From Leptospiraceae bacterium (lineage in GTDB: Bacteria > Spirochaetota > Leptospiria > Leptospirales > Leptonemataceae): a stretch of DNA of 64,000 nt. Positions within the stretch are counted from its first letter, which is position 1. Each line of letters starts with the position of its first letter. Under the pieces are notes generated by a model. It saw only the letters and a program-made list of their open reading frames with translations. It ran no database searches and was not told the origin of the DNA. The stretch covers positions 544,001-608,000 of the forward strand of contig JAVJNR010000003.1 of the NCBI GenBank assembly GCA_040217195.1, written 5' to 3'. Shown here one piece after another: positions 39,895-49,776 of this stretch. A program made the translations under genes and the position numbers.

Positions 39895-40007
39895 GAACCG
39901 GAACGGGCCTCTGTCCTGATCCTGTAGCTTTCTATCTAACCCATGTGCGATCCCGGCATACAACCCGGGACCGCACATGCTCTTCCATTCTCTACTGAAA
40001 ATTGACT

Positions 40008-40451
40008 CTACTGTTCATCAGTACTGGGCGGACCGTTTCGATCAAAAAATCCTGGAGGCAATGCATCTTTGCATTCCTGGGAAAGCTCATCCTTATGAGA
40101 CTTCAAGCATTGCATCATACGACCCTGACCTGGCTTCACTCCTTCGCAGAATTTCTCCCGATCTGAAGTGCATGCTTCATGCATTTTCTCCATCTTTTCA
40201 TGCATGGCCTTCATTCTATCCTGGCAAGCCTGGGAGAATTCATCCTTATTCTCCATCATGCATTTATGCTTATCGAGCATTGTCTGTGCATCAGGACAGA
40301 CTTCTTTCATCTCCTGCATGCACGGCCCCTGTCCCATTCCAGGACCTGGACCTTTACCCGGTTTTCCCATCAGCGGTAGAGACAGTACCATAACGCCAAG
40401 AATGGCCCCTGCCAGGGCCCATTTGCGATTTTGTTTAAAATCAAATTTCAT
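40008..40451 (-). CDS. Exported cysteine-rich repeat protein
   Basis: Signal peptide; two repeats of C-x7-C...C...(F/L)SQ.C (e.g. CTSDREKFCEGVKPGQGRMMQCLKSHKDELSQEC). GGAG before ATG 40451. Confidence 0.75.
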   Translation of the reverse strand: MKFDFKQNRKWALAGAILGVMVLSLPLMGKPGKGPGPGMGQGPCMQEMKEVCPDAQTMLDKHKCMMENKDEFSQACQDRMKAMHEKMEKMHEACTSDREKFCEGVKPGQGRMMQCLKSHKDELSQECKDALPPGFFDRNGPPSTDEQ

Positions 40452-40568
40452 AATTCTTTCTCCCGGTTCAGGCGAAGGGTTTCCTACCTGTTTACCATGG
40501 AATCCAACCATTGCGGTCAGCATCCTGTCGCAGGTTTGTATTCGCGCAAAAGCGATGTCATTTCTTTT

Positions 40569-41249
40569 TTAGTTTGCAGGGATTACGGAAAGGCATTTCT
40601 GCACGCCTTCCGGGTCCGCGGCATTCATAATGCATTCCGCATCTGACGTTGAGAAGCGCTGAACGCAGCGGCTCTGAAAAGAAACTCGTGCAGACTCTGA
40701 TTTCCAGGACTCCAGCAGTCGCTTTCGATCCGGATCCTGCTTTAGATACTCGCTGTCAGAATATATACTGAGCATTCTTCCATAGGCTTTTTCGCATTGC
40801 TCAGCACTTGCCTTTTCCTGACCAGGATTTGCAGGATCTCCATCCACAGAGTCCACTGAATCGGTACCACCAGGATCATTTCCAGGATCTACGGCTGCCT
40901 GGCGTTTTTTGAATTGTTCTACGATATAAGAAACGGGCTGCCCTCTATTTATGGACTCTTCGCACAGTAGTATTTCAAGAAAGGACTCGGCGGCCATCTG
41001 GCATTGGTACATCTTGCGACTGACCTGGCTTTTACAGGAATTTACCTCTGCAGCGATGGTTGTCTGCGCCACAAGTCCCTTCTGGTTCAGCTCCAGGGCC
41101 CGGCTCAGCGGACCGGCCCGGGTGGCCAGGAGCAACTGTTTCGCATATAGTTTCTGACACTCCTCCAGGCTTAGCCCACTTGCTGCAGTCAGAGCCGGAA
41201 TTAGTAGCAGAGTACAGGCAAAACCCAGAAAGATGGACCCGAATCGCAT
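40569..41249 (-). CDS. Exported hypothetical protein with two four-Cys helical domains
   Basis: Signal peptide; repeats EC.KLY...SC...CQMAA...LC and QC.KAY...RC...CIMNA...KC, separated by a D/P/G-rich linker. Confidence 0.65.
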   Translation of the reverse strand: MRFGSIFLGFACTLLLIPALTAASGLSLEECQKLYAKQLLLATRAGPLSRALELNQKGLVAQTTIAAEVNSCKSQVSRKMYQCQMAAESFLEILLCEESINRGQPVSYIVEQFKKRQAAVDPGNDPGGTDSVDSVDGDPANPGQEKASAEQCEKAYGRMLSIYSDSEYLKQDPDRKRLLESWKSESARVSFQSRCVQRFSTSDAECIMNAADPEGVQKCLSVIPAN

Positions 41250-41335
41250 GCTTCCAGTTTTATTGGGGAATACTTACTGTAAAGCTGAAAGGCTGGAAAA
41301 GGTTGACTCGGCCCCTGCCCGTAGGACTGGAGCAT

Positions 41336-42838
41336 ATGGCATCCACCAGGAAAAAGGCATCTAACCAAACTGTAACAAAAAAGAAATCCACGGCAAAGAA
41401 GTCCTCCAGAAAGACTGCAGTCAAAAAATCAGCTTCTAAAAAGAGCGCCGTAAAAAAGAAGCCTGTTCCTAAACCAGACTCCCGAATCAAAACCGCCAGC
41501 GGCGCAAGAAAAATCACCGCAAAACCGACGGCTGCTGCACCTTCCTATCTGAAAGTATTTCCGAAGACTTTCCTTTGGGGTACGGCTACAGCAGCCACCC
41601 AGGTGGATGGCGGAGACGTTCATTCTGATTGGGCTGCCTTTTCACAGAAGCCGGGCAATATAGCCGATGGAAAAGACTGTCTCACTGCATGCGATCACTG
41701 GAATCGCTACGAAGAAGACTTTAAGCTTATGAAGTCCATGGGACTGAATGCCTACCGACTGGGCGTGGACTGGTCCAGGATGGAACCAAGACCAGGCGAA
41801 TTCGATCATGCAGCTCTGAATCATTTCCGATCCATGCTGGATTCGCTAAACAGGAAAGGGATTCGCCCTCTACTAACGTTGAATCATTTTACGGTACCTC
41901 AGTGGTGGCTTGATCGTGGAGGCTGGACATCGGAAAAGAACCTACAGCCATTCATGGATTTCGCATCCTACATAGTGGAAAATACCGGAGACCTGGTTTG
42001 CGAATACACTACCATCAATGAACCCAACGTATACTCCATGTTCGCTTATATGGAAGGCATATGGCCACCGGCAAGCAGCGGTATCACCGGATATCTAAAG
42101 GCCATGAAAGTGCTGCGAAATATGGCTCTGGCTCAGGGCAAGCTCTATGACATGATCCATGAAACCCATGGTCGCAAAGGTTTCTCCGCTGCCACAGTGG
42201 GAATGGCCAAGCACGTACGAATCTTCGATCCTGCAAGACCGGAGAATAGACTGGACCGGGACCGGGCAGCAGAAGCCGACTATCGCTTCAATCTTATGTG
42301 GACCGATTCCATCCACGATGGTCGCCTGCAGGGCGCTCTGGGTAAAAATGAAAAATTCCATGATGGACCGGCCTGGGATTTTGTTGGATTGAACTACTAT
42401 TCCCGGGATAAGATTCGCTTCTCTCCTCTGGCCTTTGCCAGGCTATTCATTGAGCAGGACAAGGTTGGAGACGTTCCCACCAACGACCTGGGATGGGAGA
42501 TCTATCCAGAAGGACTGTACAGAGTCATCCACCAATTCCATGATAGATACAGATTGCCCATTCGAATCACTGAGAACGGAATTGCAGATGCGCAGGATAG
42601 TAGAAGAGAACACTTTCTGGTCTCTCATGTTCAGCAGATTGCTCGCTGCCTGGAAGAAGGCATTCCGGTGGAAGGATATTACCACTGGTCCTTTCTGGAT
42701 AACTTCGAATGGGCCGAAGGATACACGGCCCAATTCGGACTGGTGCATGTAGATTTTCAGAGCCAAAAAAGAACGCTCCGTAATTCCGGAACAGCCTACA
42801 AAAAAATGATTGCCCGGGCCGGAAAATCCAGCCGATGA
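41336..42838 (+). CDS. Glycoside hydrolase family 1 (beta-glucosidase) with a Lys-rich N-terminal tail
   Basis: FLWGTATAATQVDG, TINEP (acid/base), ITENG (nucleophile) and DNFEWAEG motifs. GGAG RBS before ATG 41336. Confidence 0.93.
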   Translation: MASTRKKASNQTVTKKKSTAKKSSRKTAVKKSASKKSAVKKKPVPKPDSRIKTASGARKITAKPTAAAPSYLKVFPKTFLWGTATAATQVDGGDVHSDWAAFSQKPGNIADGKDCLTACDHWNRYEEDFKLMKSMGLNAYRLGVDWSRMEPRPGEFDHAALNHFRSMLDSLNRKGIRPLLTLNHFTVPQWWLDRGGWTSEKNLQPFMDFASYIVENTGDLVCEYTTINEPNVYSMFAYMEGIWPPASSGITGYLKAMKVLRNMALAQGKLYDMIHETHGRKGFSAATVGMAKHVRIFDPARPENRLDRDRAAEADYRFNLMWTDSIHDGRLQGALGKNEKFHDGPAWDFVGLNYYSRDKIRFSPLAFARLFIEQDKVGDVPTNDLGWEIYPEGLYRVIHQFHDRYRLPIRITENGIADAQDSRREHFLVSHVQQIARCLEEGIPVEGYYHWSFLDNFEWAEGYTAQFGLVHVDFQSQKRTLRNSGTAYKKMIARAGKSSR

Positions 42839-42844
42839 ATTAGC

Positions 42845-43117
42845 GTGGCCTGTCTCCATGATGCAGACATTATGAATTATAGCCTGGGGCGTAGTGGCGA
42901 TCCAGGTATAAGGCAACATATGTCTCATTGTCGCAAATGCCAGAAGCGGATGGAAAACCTGGAAGCTGGCTTGGTAGAATCCGCAGAAGAAGAGGCTCTG
43001 CCCAATGCTCCTCTGGCACCTGCTATTCAATTACTGGATCAGAAGGCCGCTCCATCCGGTGAGAACAGATCTGATTCTGACAGACAAAAACGGAAAAGAC
43101 CTGCGCGAGCGGTGTAA
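42845..43117 (+). CDS. Small zf-HC2/ZAS-like zinc-finger protein
   Basis: C...HMSHCRKC (HxxxCxxC); tightly packed between GH1 and purM. Confidence 0.6.
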   Translation: MACLHDADIMNYSLGRSGDPGIRQHMSHCRKCQKRMENLEAGLVESAEEEALPNAPLAPAIQLLDQKAAPSGENRSDSDRQKRKRPARAV

Positions 43118-43129
43118 GAAATCGGTCGT

Positions 43130-44197
43130 ATGGACCGAAAGACTGTAAGCTACAAAGATGCCGGCGTAGATACGGAAGCCGGACAGCGCTTTGTGCAGGC
43201 CATTGGCCGTTCAGTAAAATCCACACATGATGACCGAGTGCTAGGCCCCACAGGCGGCTTCAGTGCTCTCTACGACGCTTCCTTTCTCAAAGAGTATGAC
43301 CATCCTGTACTGGTTTCTGCCACCGATGGTGTGGGTACCAAGCTGGTACTGGCCCAGCTATTCGACCGCCATGAATCCGTAGGCATTGATCTTGTGGCCA
43401 TGTGTGCCAATGATCTGCTTGTAGGTGGAGCAAAGGCCCATTTCTTTCTGGATTACATTGCCACCGGGAAGCTGGAAGAGCGCTCCATGGCCGCTATTGT
43501 AGAATCCATTGCTGAAGGCTGCCGACGGGCTCAATGTTCCCTGGTAGGCGGCGAAACAGCAGAACATCCAGGAGTAATGAAGCCTCATGAATATGACCTG
43601 GCTGGATTTGTAGTAGGAGCGGTGGAAAAATCACGCATCGTAGATGGCAGCAAGGTTCAACCCGGAGATGTAATTCTAGGACTTCCGTCCAGCGGAATTC
43701 ATAGCAATGGCATTTCTCTCATTCGCAAATTATACTTACCGGATAACAAACTACCGGAGAATTCCGAACTACAGTCCTTTCTCAGAGATGACATACTTCT
43801 TCGTCCAACCATCATCTATGAGCCAATGATTCGACCTATACTTGAATCAGCCATCCATGGAATGGTCCATGTAACCGGTGGAGGCTTCTATGAAAATGTT
43901 CCTCGCATACTCTCCGATGACCTGGCCGCAGAATTCAATACCTGGAAACTGCCCTCCCCTTTTAGTAGAATTCAGTTAGATGCAGGATTACCCTTGAAAG
44001 AAATGCTTTCTACGTTTAATTGTGGGTATGGCTATCTAATTGTTGTTCCGGAGGACTCGGCAGCAGGTATGCTCAATAGATTAAACGAACTATGGGAGCA
44101 GCTTCCCTTCGATACAATGACAGAACAAAAGCCTGCCAAACTGGGTATGATTGTTCCTCGTCGAGGAAAGCAAAGTGTAATATTTCTGGATGAATAG
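43130..44197 (+). CDS. purM: Phosphoribosylformylglycinamidine cyclo-ligase
   Basis: YKDAGVD, TDGVGTKL, GIDLVAMCAND, GGETAEHPG, SSGIHSNG, HVTGGG and TFNCG motifs. Confidence 0.97.
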   Translation: MDRKTVSYKDAGVDTEAGQRFVQAIGRSVKSTHDDRVLGPTGGFSALYDASFLKEYDHPVLVSATDGVGTKLVLAQLFDRHESVGIDLVAMCANDLLVGGAKAHFFLDYIATGKLEERSMAAIVESIAEGCRRAQCSLVGGETAEHPGVMKPHEYDLAGFVVGAVEKSRIVDGSKVQPGDVILGLPSSGIHSNGISLIRKLYLPDNKLPENSELQSFLRDDILLRPTIIYEPMIRPILESAIHGMVHVTGGGFYENVPRILSDDLAAEFNTWKLPSPFSRIQLDAGLPLKEMLSTFNCGYGYLIVVPEDSAAGMLNRLNELWEQLPFDTMTEQKPAKLGMIVPRRGKQSVIFLDE

Positions 44198-45323
44198 CGA
44201 AACCAACATTGCTCTAAACGATTTATCACTGGAAGAGCTGGAAGATTGTTTCTGTGACCTGGGAGAAAAGCGATTTCGTGCCAAGCAGGCATTTCGCAGA
44301 ATTCATCTCCATGGTGCAAGATCTCTTGATGAATTTACAGAATTCTCTGTACCCCTCCGACAGAGATTAAAGGAGCTGAATGCCCTTCCAGAACTATATT
44401 GCAGCGAAAGCAGTGTATCATCCAACGGAACCGAGAAGTATATATTTGAATCTCCGGAAGAAGTGCCTGGAAGGGATGGCACCAGAAAGCGAATCTTTGA
44501 AGCAGTGTGGATTGTATCCGATGGCAAAGATGAGCGTACCAGAAAAACTCTATGTATTTCCAGCCAGGCAGGATGCACGTTAAACTGTACCTTTTGCGCC
44601 ACCGGCACATTGCCTTTTATTGGAAATCTTCGCACCTATGAAATCCTGGATCAGATCTATCAGATCATGCATCTGCGAAATGAAAGAATAACCAACGTAG
44701 TATTCATGGGCATGGGAGAGCCTTTTCACAACTATGACAACGTAATTCGCGCCGCCAGAATCCTGAATCATCCGGATGGATTTCACCTGGCGGCCAGACA
44801 TATTACCATTTCCACAGCAGGTGTAGTTCCTGCCATTCATCGCTACATCGATGAAAGACAGCCTTTTAATCTGGCCATTTCCCTGAATCATTCGGACCCG
44901 GAAAAACGCAAGGAGCTCATGGATGTAACCCTGAAGCATTCACTGCATGAACTACTGGATGCAGCCCGGCGATATACCAGAGAACTACGAAGGAGAATCA
45001 CTTTCGAGTATATCATGATTCCGGATCAAAACATGGGCAGCGAAGATCTGGAAAAGCTAATTGATATTACTCGAAAGGTTCGCTGCAAAATTAATCTCAT
45101 TCCATTGAACACAACCTTACATGGTTGGAGGGCCCCTTCGGCTCCGGAGATGAGGCGATTTCAGCAAGCGTTGCGCGATGAAGGCGTACTGGCCTTCAAT
45201 CGCGGTAGCCCGGGAAAAGATGTGGATGGGGCCTGTGGAATGCTTGCTCTAAAAACTCTAAAATCGGGCTCATCCGCTACTGCCACAAATTCAGCAGAGC
45301 AAGATAGGGCCATCAGCGGATGA
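44190..45323 (+). CDS. rlmN: 23S rRNA m2A2503 / tRNA m2A37 radical SAM methyltransferase
   Basis: CISSQAGCTLNCTFCATG, FMGMGEP, ITISTAG, INLIP and DVDGACGML motifs. Confidence 0.95.
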   Translation: MNSETNIALNDLSLEELEDCFCDLGEKRFRAKQAFRRIHLHGARSLDEFTEFSVPLRQRLKELNALPELYCSESSVSSNGTEKYIFESPEEVPGRDGTRKRIFEAVWIVSDGKDERTRKTLCISSQAGCTLNCTFCATGTLPFIGNLRTYEILDQIYQIMHLRNERITNVVFMGMGEPFHNYDNVIRAARILNHPDGFHLAARHITISTAGVVPAIHRYIDERQPFNLAISLNHSDPEKRKELMDVTLKHSLHELLDAARRYTRELRRRITFEYIMIPDQNMGSEDLEKLIDITRKVRCKINLIPLNTTLHGWRAPSAPEMRRFQQALRDEGVLAFNRGSPGKDVDGACGMLALKTLKSGSSATATNSAEQDRAISG

Positions 45324-47386
45324 TTCGCATCCTGTTCTATGGACAGGATGGCCGGCATTCGGTGGAGCAGGCACGGTATAGCAATCCCCGCAAGTCATTG
45401 AGAATCAATGCCAGTTCTACCCCATCCTACGAAACCATTCTAGATGGACTGAACACAATCGATCTATGGAAAGAGACATTCCATGTTGTTTGCCTGTTCA
45501 GCTACGAAATGGGATGCATTCTACAGAGACTGCCTATGCCAGGTAACCTGCCCCCGGATTATCCTGTAATGGCTGCCTTTGCATTTTCGCAACCAGATAG
45601 TCCAGATTCAAATGATCCAGCCAAATACAGAGATGATGCCGCCGGGAAATTTGTAGCCCTTCCGGAAGGCTCAGAGCTTCAAGAACACATCAGAGATTCC
45701 AGATTTCAGACCCGGCCCGGAAAGCCAGAACTGCAAACAGGCCCGGGGAAATCGCAGATGGTTCGGCAGTCAGGCTTTGATCTTGGACGCTCCAGATTAC
45801 CGTTCCAGAAATCTGAATATTCCAGGCATATTGAATCCATACATGAGAAGATCAGAGATGGACTTAGTTATCAGGTAAATTTTACGGCTCCAGTTCAGGT
45901 GCCCTTCTCAGGCAATCCCGAAGAGCTATTTCACTGGCTTCGCCGACGGTACCCCTCTCCTCACAGCGTTTTCATAGATCTATTGGACCGGCAGATTGTC
46001 AGCATTTCTCCGGAGCTATTCTTTCAAATGCAGTCCGTGCAAACGTACAGCCCGGCCCATGGCGAGAAAGCAGCACGAAGGCATGCAAAAAGTAATACAA
46101 AGACCTTTTCCAGTGGTTATCGCCTGGAAGTAAGACCAATGAAAGGTACGGTTCGAGCCAGCAAGGATCCAGTACAGGATGAATTGCTAAAAGAGAAGCT
46201 GATGGAAAGTGCAAAGGATCGTGCGGAGTTGGCCATGATAACCGATTTACTTCGAAATGACCTGGGTAAGATCAGCCCGGCTGGCGCAGTAAGTCTGGAT
46301 AAAGCCATTCAGCCTGAATCTTACACCTATGTTCATCAGTTAACGTCCGTGATCACTGGCTTCCATAAAACCGGTAATCTGGCAGATATTGTTCCTTCTC
46401 TTTTTCCTTCAGGTTCCATTACCGGAGCCCCCAGAAGAGAAACAATGAAAATAATCAACCAGGAAGAAGCAGGACATTATAGAGGAGTCTACACTGGTTC
46501 TCTGGGACTGATCAATAAAGATGAAGCCCGGTTCAATGTGGCCATTCGCACAGCAGAGGTATGCAAAGGTTCATTGCGTTACGGAGCTGGCGGAGGAATT
46601 ACTCTGGGATCTGCGGCCGAGCAGGAATGGAAAGAACTGCACTGGAAGGCCAGGCCTGTAAAGACAGACTTACCTGGATTAATCGAAACTATGGCCTTGA
46701 AGCGGGGCCGAATCAAGAATAAGAGTCAACACTTAAATCGGATGCTTCGCTCTGCCAGAATCCTGGGAATCGTGCCTGGACTCACTGATACCGACGAATC
46801 CGACAATGACAGATCAAATGATCCTGTAGCCCGTTCCAGAAATTCAAATATTCAAGAGAATGCAAAGCAGATTCTAAACGATTACTTCAGCGATCTGGAG
46901 TCCAATCATGGCTCAGGTACTTTTCGCCTCAGGGTTCACCTCAGTGCAAAGGGCGAAGTCTCTCATCAGATTCAAAACCTGGAAAATGTTTCGCAGCAGA
47001 GTCATTCGAATCCCTGGAGATTGGTGCTGGCATCTCATCCAATGAGCAGTAAAGATCGATGGTTACTACATAAAGTGGATCGCAGAAGTTGCTACAATGA
47101 AGGGCTTGCAAAAGCAAGGGATTCAGGGTATGATGAAATCTTGTTTTACAATGAAAAAAATGAAATCACCGAAGGATCCATAACCAATGTGTTCTATTTG
47201 ATGAATGGTCACTGGTTCACTCCACCGCTCAGATGCGGACTTTTGCCTGGAATTCAACGTAGTAAAATTCTAAAACGATGGCCTCAGTATGTGGCCCTGC
47301 GCCCATTGCAACTAAAGGAACTTTCCAGAGTCCAAAGGATTGTTCTGGTTAATTCCCTTCGAGGCCTGGTTGAGGCAACCCTATGA
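45320..47386 (+). CDS. pabB: Aminodeoxychorismate synthase component I fused to class IV aminotransferase-fold ADC lyase (PabB-PabC)
   Basis: YQVN, SPELF, PMKGT, KDRAELAMITDLLRNDLG, FPSGSITGAP and NVAIRT motifs; then IETM, HL.R, HK..R, EGSITNVF and GLLPGI.R motifs. Confidence 0.9.
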   Translation: MIRILFYGQDGRHSVEQARYSNPRKSLRINASSTPSYETILDGLNTIDLWKETFHVVCLFSYEMGCILQRLPMPGNLPPDYPVMAAFAFSQPDSPDSNDPAKYRDDAAGKFVALPEGSELQEHIRDSRFQTRPGKPELQTGPGKSQMVRQSGFDLGRSRLPFQKSEYSRHIESIHEKIRDGLSYQVNFTAPVQVPFSGNPEELFHWLRRRYPSPHSVFIDLLDRQIVSISPELFFQMQSVQTYSPAHGEKAARRHAKSNTKTFSSGYRLEVRPMKGTVRASKDPVQDELLKEKLMESAKDRAELAMITDLLRNDLGKISPAGAVSLDKAIQPESYTYVHQLTSVITGFHKTGNLADIVPSLFPSGSITGAPRRETMKIINQEEAGHYRGVYTGSLGLINKDEARFNVAIRTAEVCKGSLRYGAGGGITLGSAAEQEWKELHWKARPVKTDLPGLIETMALKRGRIKNKSQHLNRMLRSARILGIVPGLTDTDESDNDRSNDPVARSRNSNIQENAKQILNDYFSDLESNHGSGTFRLRVHLSAKGEVSHQIQNLENVSQQSHSNPWRLVLASHPMSSKDRWLLHKVDRRSCYNEGLAKARDSGYDEILFYNEKNEITEGSITNVFYLMNGHWFTPPLRCGLLPGIQRSKILKRWPQYVALRPLQLKELSRVQRIVLVNSLRGLVEATL

Positions 47387-48276
47387 AAGGATTAATACGT
47401 CGATTTATTCTAACTTCCCTGGGCATACTCAGCGCCACCGTAGGACTGAAGTCTTTCCTGTTACCCAATGGATTTCTGGATGGAGGTGTGACCGGAGTCA
47501 GTCTGCTTGTAAATTTGCTCTACGGAGTTGATATATCCATCCTTCTGGTTGTGTTTAATCTTCCTTTCATTCTGCTAGGAATACGACACATCAACATGTC
47601 ATTTTCGATTCAGACTCTACTGGCTATTCTGGGCCTGGCTCTGGCCATTCGATTTCTGGAGCTTCCCATTGTTACCGATGATAAATTGCTGATATCTGGA
47701 TTTGGAGGCTTTTTCCTGGGAGCGGGCATCGGACTTTCCATTCGGGGAGGTAGTGTTCTGGATGGAACCGAGATTATGGCCATCTATCTGGGAAAGAAGA
47801 CCAGCCTGGCCGTGGGAGATATTGTTCTGATAATGAACATTCTCATCTTTGGCGTGGCGGCAGCCGTTGTTGATATGGAAACAGCGCTTTATGCAATACT
47901 CACCTATTTTGCAGCATCCAAGACCATCGACTTTATTATTCATGGTCTGGAAGAATACACAGCCATGACCATCATCTCGGAGAAAAGCGATGAAATCCGC
48001 TACATGCTTACAGAGAAGCTGGGTCTGGGAGTAACCCTTTTCAGGGGCCATAAAGGCTATGTAAGGACCACAGAGAGCAAACCAGGGGATGCACCGGTCC
48101 GCTATGAGTCTGAAGACCGGGACATAAATATTGTATATACTGTACTCACTCGATTGGAGGTTGCCTCGGTTCGAGCCGATATTGAGCAAATAGATCCATC
48201 GGCTTTCATAATACAAAGCGTGGTGGATGAAACCAGAGGGGGGATGATTAAAAAGAGATCCAGGAAGCATTTTTAA
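47383..48276 (+). CDS. YitT family membrane protein (DUF161/DUF2179)
   Basis: FLLPNGFLDGGVTG, GSVLDGTEI and IDPSAFI motifs. Confidence 0.93.
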   Translation: MKGLIRRFILTSLGILSATVGLKSFLLPNGFLDGGVTGVSLLVNLLYGVDISILLVVFNLPFILLGIRHINMSFSIQTLLAILGLALAIRFLELPIVTDDKLLISGFGGFFLGAGIGLSIRGGSVLDGTEIMAIYLGKKTSLAVGDIVLIMNILIFGVAAAVVDMETALYAILTYFAASKTIDFIIHGLEEYTAMTIISEKSDEIRYMLTEKLGLGVTLFRGHKGYVRTTESKPGDAPVRYESEDRDINIVYTVLTRLEVASVRADIEQIDPSAFIIQSVVDETRGGMIKKRSRKHF

Positions 48277-48340
48277 AGCTGGGCTGTCAAAAAAACTGGA
48301 CGCCAGCAGATGAAGAATGTGTGATCATCGCTAAAGGGGA

Positions 48341-49690
48341 ATGCTTGCTCTCTATAAAAAGTATGTGCCGGCTTTTGTATTAAACAGGCTGGCAACCAAT
48401 CCGGCCCCTCCACAGAAGCCCTATTCAGAGAACTTCCAGGCCGCAGCCCTATTTGCGGATATTGCTCAATTCACAATTGTCACGGAAAAAATCATGAGCC
48501 AGTCCCGAACTGGCTTATTGGAACTTGCAGGAATCATCAATAAGTACCTGGGCCGCCAAATCGAGCTGATCGATGAGTTTGGCGGAGACATTTTCAAGTT
48601 TGCTGGAGATGCTGTTTTCGCAGTCTGGAAAGCGGAAAGCCCGGAGGATCTGAAAGAACAAACCCGTAAGACTGTTCAATGTGCCCTGGCCATCCAGAAG
48701 GAATTAAGCAACTTTCCCATTGCTCGAGACATCGAGGTTTCGCTGCGAATTGGCATTGGAGCCGGGCCAATGACAGCCCTGAGCCTGGGCGGTCTGTTTG
48801 AACGATGGGAAATCCTGGTCGCCGGAGATACTGTCAGGCAGACTGCTCTTGCAGAAAAAGAAGCAGAGCCAGGAACTGTAGTGATACACCCCAGAGCATG
48901 GCAAATCCTGGAAAGAGGAGGAATGGGCGAAAAAATCAGCTCCAGGATTTTTAAGCTAAAACATTCCGATCCAAATCTGGGTAGCGTTCGACAGACCAGT
49001 CGAATCCGCGCCATTGAAGAAAGAGCCGAAGAGGCCCTTCGCTGCTATATACCTCGCTCAATCGTCACCATTGTTGGCACAGATGAAAAGCCCACATCTC
49101 TGGAAGAGCAATTCGCCGAGCGAATTGTATCTGTACTCTTTATAAATATTGAGGACTGGTCCCTCAGTTTTCCTCTGGAACGACTGCATAGAATACTTCA
49201 GATTGTTCAGGGCTGCCTCTATCGCTATGAAGGCAGCATTAACCGATTTGGCATAGAAGACAAAGGCTCCGTAATCCTGGCAGCCTTTGGCCTACCTCCT
49301 CTATTTCATGGCGATGATCCTTTGCGCGCCCTCTATGCAGCCAGAGACATTGTAAGAGAATTAAGCGAATTGGGACACAGAGCCACCACAGGCGTGGCTA
49401 CTGGCCTGGTCTTCTGCGGCCCCATGGGAAATGACATTCGCAGCGAATACACAATGCATGGAAACGTGGTAAACCTGGCCGCCCGCCTCATGCAGGCCTC
49501 AGATGGGGTCTACTGTGATGCAGCGTCCTATTATCTAATGGAAGACCTGGCTTTCAAACCGGCTCCAGAAAGTCAGGATCGAGCCATCCATGCAGCCAGT
49601 CGGGAGCGTCTGGAGTTCCAGGCGCTGGACCCAATGAAGGTAAAAGGCAGGCAGGATCCGGTTCAAATGTACAGGCTCAAGGGCCACTAG
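48341..49690 (+). CDS. Class III nucleotide cyclase with two catalytic domains (soluble adenylyl cyclase-like)
   Basis: C1: LFADIAQFT, GGDIFKFAGDA, LRIGI. C2: GSINRFGIEDKG.VILAAFGLPP, GVATGLVFCG, RSEYTMHGNVVNLAARLM, VKG. Confidence 0.92.
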   Translation: MLALYKKYVPAFVLNRLATNPAPPQKPYSENFQAAALFADIAQFTIVTEKIMSQSRTGLLELAGIINKYLGRQIELIDEFGGDIFKFAGDAVFAVWKAESPEDLKEQTRKTVQCALAIQKELSNFPIARDIEVSLRIGIGAGPMTALSLGGLFERWEILVAGDTVRQTALAEKEAEPGTVVIHPRAWQILERGGMGEKISSRIFKLKHSDPNLGSVRQTSRIRAIEERAEEALRCYIPRSIVTIVGTDEKPTSLEEQFAERIVSVLFINIEDWSLSFPLERLHRILQIVQGCLYRYEGSINRFGIEDKGSVILAAFGLPPLFHGDDPLRALYAARDIVRELSELGHRATTGVATGLVFCGPMGNDIRSEYTMHGNVVNLAARLMQASDGVYCDAASYYLMEDLAFKPAPESQDRAIHAASRERLEFQALDPMKVKGRQDPVQMYRLKGH

Positions 49691-49776
49691 GCCTATCGCC
49701 GCCCTACAGGACTCTATAATGCTCTTCGTAAGTTACTCGACGGAGAGGTCCCATCTTTCAGTCTCTGTCCATTACC

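Noticed and set aside
41060..41335. N-terminal extension of the GH1 ORF
   Set aside because: Overlaps the opposite-strand gene 40569-41249, and a clear RBS supports ATG 41336.
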